DNA of 64,000 nt from Hylemonella sp. (lineage in GTDB: Bacteria; Pseudomonadota; Gammaproteobacteria; Burkholderiales; Burkholderiaceae_C). The position numbers and the translations under genes were made by a program. Numbering within the stretch: position 1 is the first letter of the stretch; each line of letters starts with the position of its first letter. Of the stretch, positions 58,072 through 64,000 are shown piece after piece. The notes beneath the pieces were generated by a model. The model made no database searches. It was not told the origin of the DNA and was given only the letters and a program-made list of their open reading frames with translations. The stretch spans positions 63,867 through 127,866 of the forward strand of contig JAUXVI010000029.1 in NCBI GenBank assembly GCA_030680575.1, in the 5' to 3' direction.

Positions 58072-60948
58072 ATGTCCAGTACGACCGTCGCCGAGTTTGC
58101 AACCGAACTCAAGAAATCCACTGAAACGCTGATCGAGCAGCTCAAGGCTGCCGGGGTGACCAAGGCGTCTGCCGCCGACACGCTGACCGATGCTGACAAG
58201 CACCGTCTGCTGAGCTACCTGCAGGCCAGCCACGGCACAGCTGCGCCTGAACGCAAGAAGATCACCCTCGTCAAGAAGTCAACCACCGAGATCAAGCAGG
58301 CTGATGCCACCGGCAAGGCCCGTACCATCCAGGTGGAAGTGCGCAAGAAGCGCACCTTTGTCCGCCGTGATGATGGCTCCGAGGTCACCGAAGGCGCTGT
58401 TGCCGAACCGGCACCGGAAGTCCAGGTTGAAGCCCCGGCAGGCTCTGCCATTGACAACGCCGAACTCGTCCGGCGCGAGGAAGAGGCTCGCCGTCAGGCC
58501 GAACTGATCCGTCGTCAGGAAGAGGATCTGGCCGAGAAGCGTCGCCAGCGTGAAGATGCTGAAAAACGCGAACGCGAAGCGGAAGAGCGTGCCGCCGCCT
58601 ATGCGGCCGCTGAAGCAGAAAAGAAGAACCAGGCCACCACCAGCAAGACAGATGCGACGGCAGAGGCCGCTGAAGCTGCTGCGGCGCGTGCCGCGGTACA
58701 AGCAGAGGCGCGCGAAAAAGCAGTGGCTGAATCCAAGGCCCGTGCCGAAGAAGAGGCTGCACGCGCACTGGACCTGAATGAGCGCCGCCGCAAGGCCGAA
58801 GCTGAAGCCGCTGCCATTCGTTCCATGATGGCCGCACCAGCCAAGAGCGTGCTGGTGGCCAAGAAGGAAGAACCCAAGACCGCCAAGCCGGCTGAAGCTG
58901 GCAAAGCGGGCATGAAGGGCACCCTGCATAAGCCGGCAACCGGTAGCACCACCCCCAAGGCGGCACCCGCCGCGGGTGCTGGCACAGGCCCCGGTGCAGG
59001 CAAGGAAGTCAAATCGGCCAAGCTGTCAAGCAGCTGGGCTGGCGATCCGGCCAAGAAAAAGGGCATTCCCACCCGTGGCGATTCCAGTGGCGGCGTTGGC
59101 CGCGGCAGCTGGCGCAGCGGTCCCAAAGGTCGTCGTGGCAATGACCGTGATCGTGATGAACAGCACGCACAGGCCGCGCCGGTTGAAGCCCGCGTCATTG
59201 AGGTCCATGTGCCCGAAACCATCACTGTGGCCGAACTGGCCCACAAGATGGCGGTCAAGGCCTCCGAGGTCATCAAGCACCTGATGAAGCTGGGCCAGAT
59301 GGTCACCATCAACCAGCCGCTGGACCAGGACACCGCCATGATCGTGGTGGAGGAAATGGGTCACAAGGCCATCATCGCCGCTCTGGACGATCCGGAAGCC
59401 TTCACCGAAGAAGAAGCATCCGCGCACCATGCCGAGGCGCTACCGCGTGCACCGGTGGTGACCGTCATGGGTCACGTCGACCACGGCAAAACCTCGCTGC
59501 TGGACTACATTCGTCGTGCCAAGGTGGCCTCGGGTGAAGCCGGCGGTATCACGCAGCACATCGGCGCCTACCACGTGGAAACGCCGCGCGGCATGGTGTC
59601 CTTCCTCGACACCCCGGGTCACGAGGCGTTCACCGCCATGCGTGCCCGCGGTGCCCAGGCGACCGACATCGTGATTCTGGTGGTGGCAGCCGACGACGGC
59701 GTCATGCCACAGACCAAGGAAGCCATCAAGCACGCCAAGGCAGCCGGGGTGCCGATCGTGGTGGCGGTCAACAAGATCGACAAGCCTGACGCCAACCCCG
59801 AACGCGTGAAGCAGGAACTGGTGGCCGAGGAAGTGGTGCCCGAGGAATATGGCGGCGATTCGCCCTTCGTGTCCGTGTCGGCCAAGACCGGCCAGGGCAT
59901 CGACGATCTGCTCGAGCAGGTGCTGCTGCAAGCAGAAGTGCTGGAACTGAAGGCGCCTATCGATGCCATGGCCAAGGGCTTGGTGATCGAGGCACGTCTG
60001 GACAAGGGCCGCGGCCCGGTGGCTACCGTGCTGGTGCAATCCGGCACACTCAACACCGGTGATGTGGTGCTGGCAGGCCAGACCTATGGCCGTGTGCGTG
60101 CCATGCTCGACGAGAACGGTCGTCCGGTCAAATCGGCTGGCCCGTCCATTCCTGTCGAGATTCAGGGTCTGACCGAAGTTCCGCAAGCCGGTGACGAATT
60201 CATGGTCATGACCGACGAGCGCCGCGCCCGTGAAATTGCCACCTACCGTGCCGGCAAGTTCCGCAACACCAAACTGGCCAAGCAGCAGGCAGCCAAGCTG
60301 GAGAACATGTTCTCCGATATCTCGGCCGGCGAAGTCAAGACCTTGCCCATCATCGTCAAGGCCGATGTGCAGGGTTCGCAGGAAGCGCTGGCGGCTTCGC
60401 TGCTCAAACTCTCGACCGACGAGGTCAAGGTCCAGATGGTCTACTCGGCTGTCGGCGGCATCAGCGAGTCGGATGTCAACCTGGCCATTGCCTCCAAGGC
60501 CGTGATCATCGGCTTCAACACCCGGGCTGATGCCGGTGCACGCAAGCTGGCCGAAAGCAACGATGTTGACATCCGTTACTACAACATCATTTACGACGCT
60601 GTGGATGAGTTGAAAGCGGCCATGTCCGGCATGCTGGCACCGGAGAAGCGGGAAGAAGTCATCGGTATGGCCGAGATTCGTACCGTCTTCGTGGCCTCCA
60701 AGATCGGCACGGTCGCCGGCTGTATGGTCACCTCCGGCTACGTCACCCGCAGCGCGCATTTCCGTCTGTTGCGCGACAACGTGGTGATCTACACCGGCGA
60801 GCTCGACTCTCTGAAACGCATGAAGGACGATGTGCGCGAAGTGAAAGAAGGCTTCGAGTGCGGTATCAAGCTCAAGAACTACAACGACATCAAGGAAGGT
60901 GATCAGCTGGAGTTCTTCGAGGTCAAGGAAATCGCCCGTACCCTGTAA
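58072..60948 (+). CDS. infB: Translation initiation factor IF-2
   Basis: The G domain has [24 protein letters not shown] and NKID motifs. A long low-complexity Ala/Glu/Lys N-terminal region is present. Confidence 0.95.
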   Translation: MSSTTVAEFATELKKSTETLIEQLKAAGVTKASAADTLTDADKHRLLSYLQASHGTAAPERKKITLVKKSTTEIKQADATGKARTIQVEVRKKRTFVRRDDGSEVTEGAVAEPAPEVQVEAPAGSAIDNAELVRREEEARRQAELIRRQEEDLAEKRRQREDAEKREREAEERAAAYAAAEAEKKNQATTSKTDATAEAAEAAAARAAVQAEAREKAVAESKARAEEEAARALDLNERRRKAEAEAAAIRSMMAAPAKSVLVAKKEEPKTAKPAEAGKAGMKGTLHKPATGSTTPKAAPAAGAGTGPGAGKEVKSAKLSSSWAGDPAKKKGIPTRGDSSGGVGRGSWRSGPKGRRGNDRDRDEQHAQAAPVEARVIEVHVPETITVAELAHKMAVKASEVIKHLMKLGQMVTINQPLDQDTAMIVVEEMGHKAIIAALDDPEAFTEEEASAHHAEALPRAPVVTVMGHVDHGKTSLLDYIRRAKVASGEAGGITQHIGAYHVETPRGMVSFLDTPGHEAFTAMRARGAQATDIVILVVAADDGVMPQTKEAIKHAKAAGVPIVVAVNKIDKPDANPERVKQELVAEEVVPEEYGGDSPFVSVSAKTGQGIDDLLEQVLLQAEVLELKAPIDAMAKGLVIEARLDKGRGPVATVLVQSGTLNTGDVVLAGQTYGRVRAMLDENGRPVKSAGPSIPVEIQGLTEVPQAGDEFMVMTDERRAREIATYRAGKFRNTKLAKQQAAKLENMFSDISAGEVKTLPIIVKADVQGSQEALAASLLKLSTDEVKVQMVYSAVGGISESDVNLAIASKAVIIGFNTRADAGARKLAESNDVDIRYYNIIYDAVDELKAAMSGMLAPEKREEVIGMAEIRTVFVASKIGTVAGCMVTSGYVTRSAHFRLLRDNVVIYTGELDSLKRMKDDVREVKEGFECGIKLKNYNDIKEGDQLEFFEVKEIARTL

Positions 60949-60951
60949 ACC

Positions 60952-61326
60952 ATGGCAGCGAAAAAACCGTCAGCTCCGAACCGGAGTTTCAAAGTGGCCG
61001 ATCAGATCCAGCGGGATCTGACGGAGCTGATCGCGCGCGAGTTGAAAGACCCGCGTGTGGGGATGGTGACGATCCAGGCGGTCGAGGTGACGCCGGACTA
61101 TGCGCACGCCAAGGTCTTTTTCAGTCTGCTGGTCGGTGATCCGCGGCAGACCGAAGAGGCGCTGAACCAGGCGGCTGGTTTCCTGCGCAACGGCTTGTTC
61201 AAGCGTCTGCACATTCACACGGTGCCGACGCTGCATTTCCTGTTTGACCGCACCACGGAACGGGCGGCCGACATGAATGCCCTGATCGCCCAGGCCGTGG
61301 CTTCGCGTTCCAAAAACGAGGACTGA
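60952..61326 (+). CDS. rbfA: Ribosome-binding factor A
   Basis: It has [17 protein letters not shown]...[24 protein letters not shown] and the conserved position after infB. Confidence 0.9.
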   Translation: MAAKKPSAPNRSFKVADQIQRDLTELIARELKDPRVGMVTIQAVEVTPDYAHAKVFFSLLVGDPRQTEEALNQAAGFLRNGLFKRLHIHTVPTLHFLFDRTTERAADMNALIAQAVASRSKNED

Positions 61327-61328
61327 AG

Positions 61329-62279
61329 ATGAACGCGCCGCGCACGAGGGTGCCCAGGCGCCCCGTGCATGGGGTGCTTTTGCTGGACAAGCCGTTGGGC
61401 CTGTCCAGTAATCAGGCCTTGCAGAAGGCCAAGTGGCTGTTGCGCGCGGAAAAGGCCGGCCATACCGGAACGCTTGATCCGCTGGCCACCGGCGTGCTGC
61501 CCTTGTGTTTTGGCGCTGCGACCAAGTTCAGCCAGTTGCATCTGGATGCCGACAAGACCTACGAGACCACGGTCCGCCTGGGTGTACGCACCAGTACCGC
61601 GGATGCCGAGGGTGAGGTGATCGATACCCGTGCGGTCAGCTGCAGTCTGGGCCAGGTCGTCGAGGTGCTGGACCAGTTCATGGGCCCGATCCGCCAGGTG
61701 CCGCCGATGCACAGCGCCCTGAAGAAGGACGGCAAGGCCCTGTATGAATATGCCCGCGAGGGCGAAACCGTGGCGCGCGAGGCGCGCGATGTGGTGATCC
61801 ACGAGCTGGAACTGCTCGAAGCACAGCTTCAGGGCGATGCGCCGAGCCTTCGGCTGCGTGTGAAATGCAGCAAGGGCACTTACATCCGCACCCTGGGTGA
61901 AGACATCGGCGAGGCCTTGGGCTGCGGCGGTCACCTGGTGGTCTTGCGTCGCATCGCCACCGGGCCATTCGACGTGTCGCAGTGCGTCACGCTGGCCCAG
62001 CTGGATGCCATGGAAGAATCCGAGCGCCTGTCGCAATTGAAACCGGTCGATGCGCTGCTGGAAGGTCATGCTGCCGTCACGCTCGACGCCGAGAATGCCG
62101 GACGTTTCCTGAGCGGCTTGCGCCGCCGCGGTTCATGGCCGGATGCTGCGCAGGTCGCCGTGTACGGCGAAGAACCGCATGCCTTGCTGGGCTCGGCCCA
62201 TGTCAGGGCTGGTGAATTGATCCCCGGGCGCCTGTTGAGCCCATTAGAGATACAACAGATTTTGGAGAGTGAAACATGA
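61329..62279 (+). CDS. truB: tRNA pseudouridine(55) synthase TruB
   Basis: It has GVLLLDKPLGLSSNQAL...KAGHTGTLDPLATGVLP with the catalytic Asp motif. Confidence 0.9.
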   Translation: MNAPRTRVPRRPVHGVLLLDKPLGLSSNQALQKAKWLLRAEKAGHTGTLDPLATGVLPLCFGAATKFSQLHLDADKTYETTVRLGVRTSTADAEGEVIDTRAVSCSLGQVVEVLDQFMGPIRQVPPMHSALKKDGKALYEYAREGETVAREARDVVIHELELLEAQLQGDAPSLRLRVKCSKGTYIRTLGEDIGEALGCGGHLVVLRRIATGPFDVSQCVTLAQLDAMEESERLSQLKPVDALLEGHAAVTLDAENAGRFLSGLRRRGSWPDAAQVAVYGEEPHALLGSAHVRAGELIPGRLLSPLEIQQILESET

Positions 62280-64000
62280 GTCAAAAACAGATCCGCAACA
62301 TTGCCATCATTGCCCACGTGGACCATGGCAAGACCACCATGGTCGACCAACTGCTGCGTCAGTCCGGCACTTTCGCCGAGCACGAGAAAGTGGTCGACAC
62401 CGTGATGGACAACAACGCCATTGAAAAAGAACGTGGCATCACGATTCTGGCCAAGAACTGTGCCGTCAGCTGGGAAGGCACCCACATCAACATCGTCGAC
62501 ACCCCCGGACACGCCGACTTCGGCGGTGAAGTGGAACGCGCGCTGTCGATGGTGGATGGTGTGGTGTTGCTGATCGACGCGCAAGAAGGCCCGATGCCCC
62601 AGACCCGCTTTGTGACCAAGAAGGCCTTGGCCCTGGGTCTCAAGCCCATCGTGGTGGTCAACAAGGTCGACAAGCCCGGTGCCAATCCTGACAAGGTCGT
62701 CAACGCTGCTTTCGACCTCTTCGACAAGCTGGGCGCGACCGATGAACAGCTGGACTTCCCGGTGGTCTACGCCTCGGGCATCAACGGTTGGTCTTCGCTG
62801 GAAGAGGGCGCGCCCGGTGAACAGTGGGGCCCCGACATGTCGGCCCTGTTCAACACGGTGCTCAAGCATGTGCCGGCCCAGAAGGGTGACCCTGCCGCAC
62901 CGCTGCAGCTGCAAATTTCAGCGCTCGACTTCTCCACTTTTGTGGGTCGCATCGGTGTAGGCCGCATCAGCCAGGGCACGATCAAGCCCTCCATGGAGGT
63001 GCTGGTGATGGAAGGCCCGGACGGCAAGTCCGTCAAAGGCCGTATCAACCAGGTGCTGACCTTCCAGGGTCTGGATCGCGTTCAGACTGCGGAAGCCGGT
63101 CCGGGTGAAATCGTGCTGATCAACGGCATTGCTGACATCGGCATCGGCGTGACCATCACCGACCCCATCAATCCGGCGCCGCTGCCCATGCTGAAGGTCG
63201 ATGAACCGACCCTGACCATGAACTTCTGCGTCAACACCAGCCCGCTGGCTGGCCGCGAAGGCAAGTTCGTCACCAGCCGCCAGATCTGGGACCGCCTGCA
63301 AAAAGAACTGCAACACAACGTAGCGCTGCGCGTCAAGGAAACCGACGAAGAAGGTATCTTTGAAGTCATGGGCCGCGGCGAACTGCACTTGACCATCCTG
63401 CTGGAAAACATGCGCCGTGAAGGCTACGAACTGGCCGTCTCCAAGCCGCGCGTGGTGTTCCGCGAGATTGATGGTGAGAAATGCGAGCCGATCGAGCTGG
63501 TGACAGCCGATATCGAAGAGCAGCACCAGGGTGGCGTGATGCAGGCCTTGGGCGAGCGCAAGGGTGAACTGGTCAACATGGAGCCGGACGGCCGTGGCCG
63601 CGTGCGCCTGGAGTACCGCATCCCGGCGCGCGGCCTGATCGGTTTTTCCAATGAATTCCTGAACCTGACACGTGGCTCCGGTCTGATCTCCAACATCTTC
63701 GACCGCTACGAACCGCACAAGGGTGAGATTGGCGGCCGTAAGAACGGCGTGCTGATTTCCATGGACGATGGTGAAATCTTCACCTACGCCCTGGGCAAGC
63801 TGGACGACCGCGGCCGCATGTTCGTGAAAGCCAACGACCCGGTGTACGAAGGCATGATCGTCGGCATCCACAGCCGCGACAACGACCTGGTGGTCAATGC
63901 CACGCGTACCAAGCAGCTGACCAACTTCCGCGTTTCCGGCAAGGAAGATGCGATCAAGATCACGCCGCCGATTGAACTTACGCTCGAATACGGCGTGGAA
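62276..64000 (+). CDS. typA: Translational GTPase TypA/BipA (3' end lies outside the window)
   Basis: It has IRNIAIIAHVDHGKTT, DTPGHADFGGEVER and NKVD motifs. The ATG at 62276 overlaps the truB stop, and the frame stays open to the window end. Confidence 0.9.
   Translation, partial: MSQKQIRNIAIIAHVDHGKTTMVDQLLRQSGTFAEHEKVVDTVMDNNAIEKERGITILAKNCAVSWEGTHINIVDTPGHADFGGEVERALSMVDGVVLLIDAQEGPMPQTRFVTKKALALGLKPIVVVNKVDKPGANPDKVVNAAFDLFDKLGATDEQLDFPVVYASGINGWSSLEEGAPGEQWGPDMSALFNTVLKHVPAQKGDPAAPLQLQISALDFSTFVGRIGVGRISQGTIKPSMEVLVMEGPDGKSVKGRINQVLTFQGLDRVQTAEAGPGEIVLINGIADIGIGVTITDPINPAPLPMLKVDEPTLTMNFCVNTSPLAGREGKFVTSRQIWDRLQKELQHNVALRVKETDEEGIFEVMGRGELHLTILLENMRREGYELAVSKPRVVFREIDGEKCEPIELVTADIEEQHQGGVMQALGERKGELVNMEPDGRGRVRLEYRIPARGLIGFSNEFLNLTRGSGLISNIFDRYEPHKGEIGGRKNGVLISMDDGEIFTYALGKLDDRGRMFVKANDPVYEGMIVGIHSRDNDLVVNATRTKQLTNFRVSGKEDAIKITPPIELTLEYGVE

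Noticed and set aside
58400-59150. Repetitive Ala/Glu/Lys/Arg-rich region in the infB 5' third. It looks like tandem repeats at the protein level.
   Set aside because: This is the well-known low-complexity N-terminal region of bacterial IF-2. It is not a DNA repeat array or CRISPR.

Overview
This 64 kb window is high-GC chromosomal DNA. Gene content and synteny look betaproteobacterial (Burkholderiales/Comamonadaceae-like), which is my inference. It is densely coding, mostly core metabolism, with no integrase, transposase, CRISPR array or rRNA.

Layout:
- 1-15.5 kb: a large sulfur-scavenging supercluster. It runs sbp fragment, ssuE-ssuA-ssuA'-ssuD-ssuC-ssuB-ssuF, metNIQ, a thioredoxin-like gene, an LsfA-like 1-Cys peroxiredoxin, a YdeN-like hydrolase, then sbp-cysTWA.
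- 15.5-25.9 kb: glycine-zipper lipoprotein, dsbB, a Cache-type chemoreceptor, a DapA-family gene, a GNAT gene, argA and hrpA.
- 26-29.7 kb: a TetR-controlled adaptor/FtsX-permease/ATPase efflux operon.
- 29.8-33.4 kb: DMT transporter, ICMT-like methyltransferase, aminotransferase and cysB.
- 33.4-34.2 kb: a short AT-richer island holding one orphan ORF.
- 34.2-41.5 kb (minus strand): lptF-lptG-cbiX followed by a five-gene membrane cluster of PAP2 phosphatase, UbiA-type phosphoribosyltransferase, UPF0104 flippase-like protein, GT-C/ArnT-like transferase and HAD hydrolase. I read this cluster as a polyprenyl-phosphate-pentose periplasmic glycosylation system. It is the most interesting candidate system in the window.
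- 41.5-64 kb: pepA-holC, a LivK-like binding protein, tRNA-Ser(GGA), stomatin/NfeD, a large Orn/Lys/Arg decarboxylase, fabI, yejABEF, and rimP-nusA-infB-rbfA-truB-typA.

Non-coding signals:
- A structured repeat of about 55 nt occurs three times, always in the sense orientation inside sulfur-regulon transcription units.
- A nested-palindrome element of about 268 bp sits between ssuB and ssuF.
- An extended palindrome and tRNA-3'-end-like fragments lie downstream of tRNA-Ser.

All functional calls rest on reading the translated ORFs for family motifs and on synteny. No database search was possible. Many long ORFs in the supplied track are antisense or out-of-frame shadows typical of high-GC DNA and were not called.
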